This document shows positions 1 through 8,079 of a stretch of 64,000 nt of DNA, in pieces; within the stretch, counting starts at the first letter, position 1, and every line of letters begins with the position of its first letter. The stretch lies in the NCBI GenBank assembly GCA_965233625.1, contig OZ247499.1, positions 4,884,419 through 4,948,418 of the forward strand, read 5' to 3'. The position numbers and the translations under genes were made by a program. The notes under the pieces were generated by a model. It was not told the DNA's origin. It was given only the letters and a program-made list of their open reading frames with translations, and did no database searches. The stretch is from Pirellulaceae bacterium (GTDB lineage Bacteria > Planctomycetota > Planctomycetia > Pirellulales > Pirellulaceae).

Positions 1-225
1 GGTGCGCCACCGTGACCGATTCGGCCAGCGGAGACAGCAGGTTGAAATACTCGCCATAACCGCAGCTGGCTTCGTAAGCCACATGAAACGGCTGGTCGAG
101 CGACTTCAGGAAATGCAGCAGTTCCGTCACCGGCCCCAGCTTCACTTCCCGCTGCTTTTTCCCTTGATCGTCGAGCACACATACCGCTACAAACTTTGCA
201 TGAACATCTAATCCAACGTAAAACA
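1..225 (-). CDS. IS110-family transposase, N-terminal fragment; gene continues beyond the window start
   Basis: The minus-strand translation from the ATG at 225 reads MFYVGLDVHAKFVAVCVLDDQGKKQREVKLGPVTELLHF..., which is the characteristic N-terminal DEDD/RuvC-like motif of IS110 transposases (xxVGIDVxKxxxxVCV). The sequence 'gggagg' sits about 6 nt upstream. The reported plus-strand ORF 2..211 is rejected as its shadow. Confidence 0.6.
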
Positions 226-304
226 TCCTGGAAGCCTCCCAAGGTCAAGTGAAAGAATCTGCTAACTTCCACTTTAAGACCGACGGAGGCTTCCTTCATA
301 GTTT

Positions 305-417
305 CGAGGGGCGTTTGATGTGGATGCGAAAACGGGGGTTTTTGGCCGTATTCTGGTGGACTTCAACCGGCGATGCGCTGTTAATTCCGGCGTCCCTTGC
401 TCGCGCTTCGGGTTAGT
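305..417 (+). repeat. 5'-truncated copy of the ~145-bp palindromic repeat element (PRE family); only the right half and right terminal inverted repeat are present
   Basis: The segment 'cgaggggcgtttgatgtggatgcgaaaacgggggtttttggcc...cgtcccttgctcgcgcttcgggttagta' aligns with the inner and right-terminal parts of the copies at 17648, 19952, 48476 and 49497. The left arm 'taacccgaagcgcgagc' is absent, and the IS110 5' flank lies immediately to the left instead. Confidence 0.6.
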
Positions 418-525
418 ATTCTTATTTGAATTTAAGGCTGAATGTGATTTTCAGCCTCAAAGTGTGCAGCTTTAAAACCTGTTGCCAGGTTAGGGTCATC
501 GCTGTTGAGTGAAACAGGAAGTGCT

Positions 526-720
526 TTAGTTGTTGCCGCTTTCTGCGGCGTCTGTGAAGTTGTAGGTCTCGACAATGTCCGCTTCGATCTTCCGGGTGGC
601 GCCGTGCTGCTGTAAGAGCTGTTCGACGCGGTAATTCAGGTCATCCAGTTGATCCAGAATCTCACTTTGGCGGAGATCAATCTCATCAATCATCGAGCCG
701 GGATCTTCGGTATTGGACAT
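526..720 (-). CDS. small hypothetical protein (64 aa), predicted coiled-coil
   Basis: ORF only. No recognisable SD, and it sits between the IS110 fragment and the FKBP gene. Confidence 0.25.
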   Translation of the reverse strand: MSNTEDPGSMIDEIDLRQSEILDQLDDLNYRVEQLLQQHGATRKIEADIVETYNFTDAAESGNN

Positions 721-1064
721 AAAAAAATCACTCGGGTGGGTGTAACTTGCGGAAGGTGGGCAGGCTTTGATGCCCTATCTGGCGGGGTTTGCGTTTTGCG
801 GGCGCTCGCGTTCAAGGTTGGCAGTTTGTATATTTAAGGGGCAGCGAGCTGCGCGTGCCGGTAGCGATAGAACGCTTCTGGCAAGTGTTGCATCGGCTCT
901 AAACCCAGGCCGCTTTGACTTCACACCGTTGCGATTGCGTTAGTCCGCCTGCACATTCTTTACCCTTCACACAGACTTTGCCGGTCGGGTTGTCAATCAC
1001 GCCAAGCGGCCTGCCATCTCTGCCCGGTAAGCATTCCCCACCCCGTTTTCCGCCAGGAAATCTT

Positions 1065-1871
1065 ATGAAACTATTACACATTGCCGCATTTTCCGCCGTC
1101 CTGCTGATGGCTGGCTTCGCACTGGCCCAGGACGACAAGCCTGAAAAAGAAAAGCCCAAGGCCAACAGCAAATACAAAACTGAAAAAGAACAGATGAGCT
1201 ACGCGCTGGGCTTCGATATCGGCCGTACGTTCAAAGAACGCGGCGTCGAGCTGGACGCAGAGCTACTGATCAAAGCCTTCAAGGCAGGCTATTCCGAAGC
1301 AGATTCGGACATGACCCGCGAAGAGCTGGAAGCCGCTTTCCTGGCCTATCAGAAGGCCGCCCGCGCAGCCGCCGAGCAAATTGCCAAAGAGCGCGCCGAG
1401 AAGAACAAAAAAGAAGGCGAAGACTTCCTCGCCAAGAACAAGAAGCGCAAGGGCGTGGTTACCGAGAAGTCCGGCCTGCAGTACGAAATCCTGAAGAAGT
1501 CGAAAGGTGAAACGCCCAAGAAAGACAGCATCGTCAAGGCGCACTATCACGGCACCTTCATCGATGGCGAAGTCTTCGACAGCTCGCTGGGCAAACGCCC
1601 GCTGATCATCCCCGTCAACGGCCTGATCGAAGGCATGAGCGAAGCGCTGCAGAAGATGAAGGTGGGCGAGAAGTGGAAAGTCTTCATCCCCACCGATCTG
1701 GCCTACGGCGCCAACCCCGACCCGCGCAGCCCGATCCCACCAAACGCCGCGCTGATCTTTGAACTGGAACTGCTAGGCATCGAAAAGGCGCCAGCCACCG
1801 GCGACGAACCCGGTGAAGACGCCCCCGCCGACGGCGAATCCGCCCCCGAAGACCTCGGCGACAAAGAATAA
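1065..1871 (+). CDS. FKBP-type peptidyl-prolyl cis-trans isomerase (FkpA/Mip-like), secreted
   Basis: The ATG at 1065 is preceded by 'aggaaa'. The N-terminus is a signal peptide, MKLLHIAAFSAVLLMAGFALA. The dimerisation helix region reads MSYALGFDIGRTF..., and the C-terminal FKBP domain reads LQYEILKKSKGETPKKDSIVKAHYHGTFIDGEVFDSS...IPVNGLIEGMSEALQKMKVGEKWKVFIPTDLAYG. Confidence 0.85.
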   Translation: MKLLHIAAFSAVLLMAGFALAQDDKPEKEKPKANSKYKTEKEQMSYALGFDIGRTFKERGVELDAELLIKAFKAGYSEADSDMTREELEAAFLAYQKAARAAAEQIAKERAEKNKKEGEDFLAKNKKRKGVVTEKSGLQYEILKKSKGETPKKDSIVKAHYHGTFIDGEVFDSSLGKRPLIIPVNGLIEGMSEALQKMKVGEKWKVFIPTDLAYGANPDPRSPIPPNAALIFELELLGIEKAPATGDEPGEDAPADGESAPEDLGDKE

Positions 1872-1907
1872 AGGCAGCGTTCAAACGCCACCATCAGACA
1901 ATCAACA

Positions 1908-1944
1908 AAGCCCCGGTGATATCCATCGCCGGGGCTTTTTGTGT
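1908..1944 (+). terminator. rho-independent terminator after the FKBP gene
   Basis: The hairpin aagccccgg-tgatatccatcg-ccggggctt is followed by ttttgtgtg. Confidence 0.65.
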
Positions 1945-2046
1945 GGCTGGGCCCAGGGGCCGCGTCAGTTTTTTCTAATGCGTTCAGAGAAGGCACGTAA
2001 CTGCGTTTTTCTGTATTTCGGCTTTGCTAGTAAGGGTAGAAAGAGA

Positions 2047-2523
2047 ATGGGTTCTGTCGAAGTCCTGCGAGATCGTCAGTCTGGTGCATTCATTCTAAAT
2101 CCTAAAGGAACCTTTAAAGGCTATGGAGCGTATGTCGGAATCAATCCTTATCGCGAATTGCACAATACGACGCTCAATCAACTCGGGCAGCTCATTGTGG
2201 ATTTACTCGAGCTATCGGGCCCACAGCCATACCATATCAAAGAGTTTGAAACGTATCTTTCCAATAACACAGATGAGGAAACCAAACGGATTCGCGACGT
2301 CTATTTTCCATCAAACAAACGCCATACGACCGGGTCACTCGCAAGAAGATTTGCACACGGAGGTGTCGAATTCAAACCTGGGCAGAAGTCCTGGTTAGTC
2401 TGTTCAGCGGTGTACGACCCAACGGAGCGAGTTCTCAATACAAATGCCGCACGCCGGGTCAAGCTAGCAGGTGGAACCACTGCACTGGGAGCAGCAATTT
2501 CAGAATTGCTTGATGAAGTTTAA
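2047..2523 (+). CDS. hypothetical protein (158 aa) in a low-GC island
   Basis: The ATG at 2047 follows the SD-like 'aagggtagaaagaga'. The local GC (about 47% by eye) is clearly lower than the flanks. No motif was recognised. Confidence 0.5.
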   Translation: MGSVEVLRDRQSGAFILNPKGTFKGYGAYVGINPYRELHNTTLNQLGQLIVDLLELSGPQPYHIKEFETYLSNNTDEETKRIRDVYFPSNKRHTTGSLARRFAHGGVEFKPGQKSWLVCSAVYDPTERVLNTNAARRVKLAGGTTALGAAISELLDEV

Positions 2524-2722
2524 GCACCCGGGCAAGATGGAGTCGGGTTAGGTAAGAAATCCGATTCCCATTCCACAGTCCGTTACGCAGTTCTTAGCTG
2601 CTGCGCCGCATGACCAGAGCTGGGATGCCCCCGGTCCAGCCGGGTGGAAAATCCTGGTGGTTACGATATGGTGGAGAATTGTATAGGGGATCGGTAACAG
2701 GTGCTTTTTCTGAAACATTCCG

Positions 2723-3589
2723 TTGAACGATAAGATTCGAATTTCCCTGCTGCGCGGTGTCTGCCAGCTTCCGGCGTATGTTGCGCATCACCGGGGTTTC
2801 TTCACGCGGGAAGGTATCGATTCATCCGTCAGCATCGCGCCGACTGCGTGGTTGATTCCGGATCAGCTTGCCAGGGGGGAAACGGACTTTGCGGTGATTC
2901 CGTGGACTCGTGTGGCGGTCGCCAGCAGTGAGTCTCCGCTGGTTCTTCTCTCTGGATCAGGCTGTGAAGAGGCGGCGGTGGTTGTGCGGGCGGGTCTGAC
3001 CGTTGATGAGGTGCGGTCCGTCGCAGTGCCCCGCGAAGGTGGCATGAAGGACCTGACCGCCATGGGGCTGCTTGAGAGTCTGAACTGGTCCCGGGACAAG
3101 GTGCAGCAGTTGCGGTTCCCTTCCGGCGACGGCGCCATTATCTGCCTGAACGGCAAAGGCTCTGACGCGGCAAGCATGATCGAGCCCTACGCAACGATGA
3201 TGGAAGTTGTCGCGGGATGTACCGTTGTCCGCCGGACCGGTGACCTCTGGCCGGGGGCGCCTGGCTGCTCTCTGGCGACCAGCGCTGCCATGTTGAAGGC
3301 TGCACCCGATCTTGTGCAACGTGTTGTGAATGCGTACGCCGCGGCCACAACGTACGTACACAACCACCCCACTGAAGCGGCGGCAACCGGCGCCCCGGTC
3401 ATCGGCGTCCACCCTGATATTTTACTTAAGTCTTTGGATGCGAACCGGCCGGACATCAACGCCGTGCGGAACACCGGCGCGATGGATCAGATTCTGAAGC
3501 TGATGCTGGAGTTGGGGTACGTGGATGAAATCCCGCGTGATTATTCCGATCTAAGTTTTCTCGACCGCGCTCAACAGTGTGCAACGTAG
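2723..3589 (+). CDS. NMT1/THI5-like (SsuA/TauA-type) substrate-binding-fold protein, apparently without a signal peptide
   Basis: The N-terminus IRISLLRGVCQLPAYVAHHRGFFTREGIDSSVSIAPTAWLIPDQLARGETDFAVIPW matches the conserved start of NitT/TauT-family binding proteins. The start codon is uncertain, since the TTG at 2723 is the first in-frame start. The stop overlaps the downstream NRPS-like gene. Confidence 0.5.
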   Translation: MNDKIRISLLRGVCQLPAYVAHHRGFFTREGIDSSVSIAPTAWLIPDQLARGETDFAVIPWTRVAVASSESPLVLLSGSGCEEAAVVVRAGLTVDEVRSVAVPREGGMKDLTAMGLLESLNWSRDKVQQLRFPSGDGAIICLNGKGSDAASMIEPYATMMEVVAGCTVVRRTGDLWPGAPGCSLATSAAMLKAAPDLVQRVVNAYAAATTYVHNHPTEAAATGAPVIGVHPDILLKSLDANRPDINAVRNTGAMDQILKLMLELGYVDEIPRDYSDLSFLDRAQQCAT

Positions 3590-6230
3590 CGCACGCGATG
3601 GCGCTGGAAGCCATGAAGGCAAGTCCGTGAAGACCGCCAGACGCATGCGAACCGTTGTCGAGATGTGGAAGGCGGCCGTCGCCCAGCACCCCGGACGGAC
3701 GGCGGTCGTAGACGGCGCCAGTTCGTTGACCTACTGCGAACTCAACAGCCGCGTGCGTAAATGGGAATCGCGGCTGCGGGCGGTGCGGACGGAGACGGCG
3801 TTCGTCGCTTTGCACTTGCCACACCGGGCAGAGAGCATCGCCGCCCTGCTGGGGATTTTAGCTGCGGGGAGGGCGTTCGTAGCTATCGATCCCGCCACAC
3901 CCGTCACACATCGCTGCGCGCTGCTTGATTATGCGCAGGCACGCGTGGTGATCGGGATGGGAAGTCATGCTGACGAATTACGTGACGCGGGATGGGACGG
4001 CGAATTTATAACCGCAACCGGCGCCGACGCAGTTTCGCCTCAGGAAATGGAAGACGGGGCTTGCGATCTGCAAAGCCGGGCGGCGCTTTGTTTCACGTCC
4101 GGGTCTTCAGGGAATCCCAAAGGTGTGGTGACGCCCCACCGCACGTTTGCTTTTGCCGCGCAAAATCTGCATGCGATGTTCGAGTTCCGGCCGGAGGACC
4201 GGCACGCACTGCTGGCTCCGCTGGCGGTCGCATCAACGCATGCGCAGGTTTTTGCACCGCTGGCCGCAGGGGCGACTATCTGTATGTTGGAGGCGCGCTT
4301 GCACAGTCTCTCTCGTCTGGCCGCCTGGCTTCAGGAGGAAGGCGTCACCACTGTACAGACCGTGCCGTCGCTTGCGCGGGCGCTGTTCAGCGAAGCTGCC
4401 AGCGGCGCCGGCTGGCCAGCAATGCGTGCCTTAAAAACCGGTGGCGAGAGCACGACGATCGCGGATGTGCAACTGTTTGAAAGCGTGCTTCCGGAAGGCG
4501 CCACGCTGATTAACGGGCTGGGAATCACAGAGGCCGGCTGCAATGTGTGCTGGTTCCGCCGGCAGAATGGCTCCAAGCTTGGTGGGCAACTTATGCCCAT
4601 CGGAGTTCCTCCAGATGATATTGAAATTGTCATCGAAAACGCCGAAGGCGCCATCGCTGCCTGCGGAGAGCCTGGGCAGATCGTTGTGCGTTCGCCGATG
4701 TTGCCCACCAGCTATTGGCGCGATCCTGCGAAAACCGCCGCGGTTTATCGTGACCTGCCTGAGCGCGAAGGATGGCGTGAACTTCGTACAGGAGACACCG
4801 GCCGCTGGCGCGATGATGGGCAGCTTGAACATCTGGGCCGGTTGGATCAGACCGTGAATGTGCGAGGACACCGGGTCTGCCTTGTCGAAGTCGAAGCCGC
4901 CCTGAATGACACCGGACTACTATCTGGCGCCGTTGCCTTTACGGAAGATTCCGGCAGCGGAACCCGGTTATGTGCAGCGGTTACCTTCCGGCCCGGCGCA
5001 GAGACGGACGATTCAATTCTGCGGAGCAGGCTGGCGCAGAAGCTGCCCGGCTATATGGTTCCCGCGGTGCTCCAGATTGTTGAACGTCTACCGCGTCTCG
5101 AAAACGGAAAAATCGATCGCAGTCAATTTGCTTCCGGCAACCAATCAGCAGCCGTTGAATTGCCGGCGCCACGCGACGCACTGGAACAGACCTTGCATGG
5201 CCTGTTTAGCCGTGCTCTGCAGAAGAAGCCACTGGCACTGGAAGCTTCCTTCTTTGACGAAGGTGGTGACTCGCTGGTTGCTGCGGCTTTGTTCGCATCG
5301 ATTAAGAGAGTGTTTGACCGCGATCTTCCGCTGACCGATCTGGTGGCGCATCCGTCGGTGAAATCCCTTGCGGAACACATGCGTTCAACCGGAACACAGG
5401 CACACCCGGCCATCACTTTGCTGACACCTTACCCGGAGGAAAATGCGCAGAACATTTTCGTGTGGCCTGGTGCGGGTTCCGACACGTTGGCGCTCTATCC
5501 GCTGGCCCGGAATTTAGGCGCCTCGCACGCAATGTACGGAGTTCAACACCGGGGCGCTGACGGGACACGTCAGTACGATCTGACGGTGGAAGACGCAGCT
5601 TCCCGCGGCGTTCAACTTGTACGCCGCGTCCAGCCACAGGGTCCGTATGCGCTTTGTGGCACATCGTACGGTGGACTTATAGCGCTCGAAGTCGCGCGCA
5701 AATTACAGGTGCAGGGTGAGACCGTCAATTTCCTGGCAATGCTCGATAGCTATTCGCCGGGCTACCCGCGGCGACGCGCCGACCTGGGGTTGCGCGACAG
5801 GCTGGCGCTGTGGAGCCGTAAATTCCGGCCGTTCTCTCAGCGGGATAAACCCGGCCTGGCAGTGCTGCGCAAAGGGTTGCATGAGCAATGGCAGCGTTTT
5901 GTTGCGAGGCGGTTCGTCCAGCGACCAGATCCAGACACGGAGCCGCTGCCGATACCTATCCGGTTCCTCTACTTGCAGGAGGCCTGCTTCATTGCCAGCC
6001 GGGCTTACCGTCCTGCCGACTATCACGGAGAGGTCCACTTCTACACGGTTGCAGAGCCTACGAATACGAGGTTCTTTGAACGTGACGCCGCGCATGGATG
6101 GTCCCAATATCTCAAGGGCGCCCTACATATCGAGACCATTCCCGGCAGGCACTCGCAGCACATTAAAGAGCCACACGTGGCCGCACTCGCGGAGAAACTT
6201 CGCAACCGGCTCAATGAGTTACGGGAGTGA
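3579..6230 (+). CDS. NRPS-like single module: adenylation (AMP-binding) - PCP - thioesterase
   Basis: The adenylation core motifs are FTSGSSGNPKGVV (A3), TGD...GRLDQTVNVRGHRV (A7/A8) and NGKIDR (A10). The PCP carries FFDEGGDSL. The C-terminal alpha/beta-hydrolase TE carries GTSYGG (GxSxG). The start is either the GTG at 3579, overlapping the upstream gene, or the ATG at 3645. Confidence 0.85.
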   Translation: MQRSARDGAGSHEGKSVKTARRMRTVVEMWKAAVAQHPGRTAVVDGASSLTYCELNSRVRKWESRLRAVRTETAFVALHLPHRAESIAALLGILAAGRAFVAIDPATPVTHRCALLDYAQARVVIGMGSHADELRDAGWDGEFITATGADAVSPQEMEDGACDLQSRAALCFTSGSSGNPKGVVTPHRTFAFAAQNLHAMFEFRPEDRHALLAPLAVASTHAQVFAPLAAGATICMLEARLHSLSRLAAWLQEEGVTTVQTVPSLARALFSEAASGAGWPAMRALKTGGESTTIADVQLFESVLPEGATLINGLGITEAGCNVCWFRRQNGSKLGGQLMPIGVPPDDIEIVIENAEGAIAACGEPGQIVVRSPMLPTSYWRDPAKTAAVYRDLPEREGWRELRTGDTGRWRDDGQLEHLGRLDQTVNVRGHRVCLVEVEAALNDTGLLSGAVAFTEDSGSGTRLCAAVTFRPGAETDDSILRSRLAQKLPGYMVPAVLQIVERLPRLENGKIDRSQFASGNQSAAVELPAPRDALEQTLHGLFSRALQKKPLALEASFFDEGGDSLVAAALFASIKRVFDRDLPLTDLVAHPSVKSLAEHMRSTGTQAHPAITLLTPYPEENAQNIFVWPGAGSDTLALYPLARNLGASHAMYGVQHRGADGTRQYDLTVEDAASRGVQLVRRVQPQGPYALCGTSYGGLIALEVARKLQVQGETVNFLAMLDSYSPGYPRRRADLGLRDRLALWSRKFRPFSQRDKPGLAVLRKGLHEQWQRFVARRFVQRPDPDTEPLPIPIRFLYLQEACFIASRAYRPADYHGEVHFYTVAEPTNTRFFERDAAHGWSQYLKGALHIETIPGRHSQHIKEPHVAALAEKLRNRLNELRE

Positions 6231-6327
6231 AATCACGTGATGGAGATACTTTTCACAATGGCGGCAGCTTGAACACCGTCGGATATCCGTCTACTGACAA
6301 CTCCACAATTCCAAACCCGAGTCGAGC

Positions 6328-7338
6328 ATGTTTGACAAACTAAAAAGCAGATTCGCTAGAGCCACCCGTCGGCCTCAAAGCGATGTTGAGCCAGGGGACC
6401 TGGAATTTTTCGGACTCAACAATCTGTGCCGCCTGGCGAGGATTAGAAGTTATTGGCAACACCGCCAGGATCTGCGAGACAGGCAGCAGGCCTACGCAAA
6501 CGATCTACCGCAGCTATTGCGTGAAAATGGTGACAGCGGCAGTTCTTCCATTCGCCTGAAAGACGGGTATGCAATCTACACGCGCAAAGATCTACCGCAC
6601 CTGGACCGCGTTTATGAGGAAGCGGAAGAGTTTATCGCATTGCGGGGCGGCAAGCCGCGAGAGCCGGGAAACCGCGCCTTCATCAAAGATCTTATCGAAC
6701 CGGGCGACCTCGAGCGATTTCCGTCGTTCCTCGACTTTGCCACCAGTTCTGCTGTGGTCGAGCCGGTCTGTCACAGCATGAAAATGGTGCCTCGACTTTC
6801 GGACCTGGTGCCTCCTCCGGTCCGCTTGACCGAAAGCACCATCCAGGGCCAGGTCGCGGAAGGCGAGTATTTTACGTCTCAGCTGTTTCATCTGGACTTC
6901 CACGACAAACCGGTTGTTTACGTCATCCTGCTGCTTAGGGATGTAGGCCCCCAGAGCGGTCCTTTCTGCTTCTTGCCCAGCAGCGTTTCCGCCCGGGTTG
7001 CGCGCGAACTGAAGTATGGAAAACGGAACATCCCGTATCGACTGACGGACGAACAGGTGGCGAGCGTTGTTGATGAAGATGAAATCATTAGATTCGAAGG
7101 CAGCCGGGGCGACGTTCTCTTTCTGGAGTCGAACGCATGCTTTCACTTTGGCAGCCGCGACTGTCACGTTCCCCGTTACCAGTTGATGATCGCCTATGTC
7201 AGCCCCTGCCGGACAGACTTCTCCGATCTCTACATGGACCGCAATCATCTGCCAGCTTCCCCTTCAGACTCGCGACTACGGCAGATGCTCTTTCGCAGCT
7301 TGCCCAATCACAGCCGCAAGTCGAAGACTCCGTCGTAA
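6328..7338 (+). CDS. hypothetical protein, possibly a PhyH-like Fe(II)/2-oxoglutarate-dependent dioxygenase
   Basis: HLDFHD (HxD) and a downstream FHFGSRDCH are compatible with a 2-His-1-carboxylate facial triad. The gene lies immediately downstream of the NRPS-like gene on the same strand. The assignment is weak. Confidence 0.4.
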   Translation: MFDKLKSRFARATRRPQSDVEPGDLEFFGLNNLCRLARIRSYWQHRQDLRDRQQAYANDLPQLLRENGDSGSSSIRLKDGYAIYTRKDLPHLDRVYEEAEEFIALRGGKPREPGNRAFIKDLIEPGDLERFPSFLDFATSSAVVEPVCHSMKMVPRLSDLVPPPVRLTESTIQGQVAEGEYFTSQLFHLDFHDKPVVYVILLLRDVGPQSGPFCFLPSSVSARVARELKYGKRNIPYRLTDEQVASVVDEDEIIRFEGSRGDVLFLESNACFHFGSRDCHVPRYQLMIAYVSPCRTDFSDLYMDRNHLPASPSDSRLRQMLFRSLPNHSRKSKTPS

Positions 7339-7578
7339 ACAACTGCCACGCCTTTCGCTTAAAGATTTAGAAACCAGCCGCCGTGCGAAATTGCCGCGGC
7401 TGCCAGCGTGATGAGGATGGCGCCAGAGATGGTCCAGACCAGCATCTTGCGCTTCAGGCAATGTTCTTCATGTTGTTGCTGCATGATTCACGCCTCCGAT
7501 CCACGCGTTTACGACCTTCGATTCCCGTCCGACAGTCTGTTAAGCGCAGACGGTGACGATGTGTTACGGTGGAAGCCT

Positions 7579-7992
7579 ATGGCCACACATCAGCAGTTCT
7601 TAGACGCAATCGCCGCCGCGCCGGATGATCCGGCGCCTTGCTGGATGTATGCGGACTGGCTGGAAGAGCATGGAAATCCGCTATGTCATGCGTGGCGAAA
7701 CGGAATGACGCGCGTTCGATTACGTACAGACTACTCTCGCCTTCACGAGGATGGTGGCAATGGTGATGGGTTTGGCTTTGGCGATGGTATAGGCTCTGGC
7801 TCCGGCGATGGCTCCGGCAATGGCGTTGCCTCTGGCTATGGCTATCCGTTATGTTCTGGCGCTGGCTTTGGCGATGGCGCTGCTTTTGGCTACGGTTATG
7901 ACATTGGTCCTTCTAGTGGGGACGGCTACGGCTACGGCAAAGGCGATGGCGATGGCTTCGGCAATGAAATCAGTGCCGGCTCCTTTAGATGA
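7579..7992 (+). CDS. TIGR02996-like 'repeat-companion' N-terminal domain protein with a Gly/Asp/Tyr-rich low-complexity tail
   Basis: FLDAIAAAPDDPAPCWMYADWLEEHGNPLCHAW matches the planctomycete 'LxAIxAxPDDDxPRLVYADWLEExGDP' signature. The remainder consists of GDGxG/GYGYG repeats. The ATG at 7579 was chosen because the 5' part of the ORF, rich in Cys, looks non-coding. Confidence 0.55.
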   Translation: MATHQQFLDAIAAAPDDPAPCWMYADWLEEHGNPLCHAWRNGMTRVRLRTDYSRLHEDGGNGDGFGFGDGIGSGSGDGSGNGVASGYGYPLCSGAGFGDGAAFGYGYDIGPSSGDGYGYGKGDGDGFGNEISAGSFR

Positions 7993-8079
7993 GCAACACG
8001 CCCGCTCAAAACAAAAGCAGTCACGACCCGGAAGTCGTGACTGCATCGAGAACCTGTTCGTGAGGCTTACCTTCCGCGG

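Noticed and set aside
2-211. Plus-strand 69-aa ORF at the window start
   Set aside because: The opposite strand encodes a clear IS110 transposase N-terminus with the MFYVGLDVHAKF motif, so the plus-strand ORF is a shadow.
6592-7248. 218-aa minus-strand ORF overlapping the putative dioxygenase
   Set aside because: It is fully nested antisense to a longer ORF that is co-directional with the NRPS-like gene. It has no RBS.
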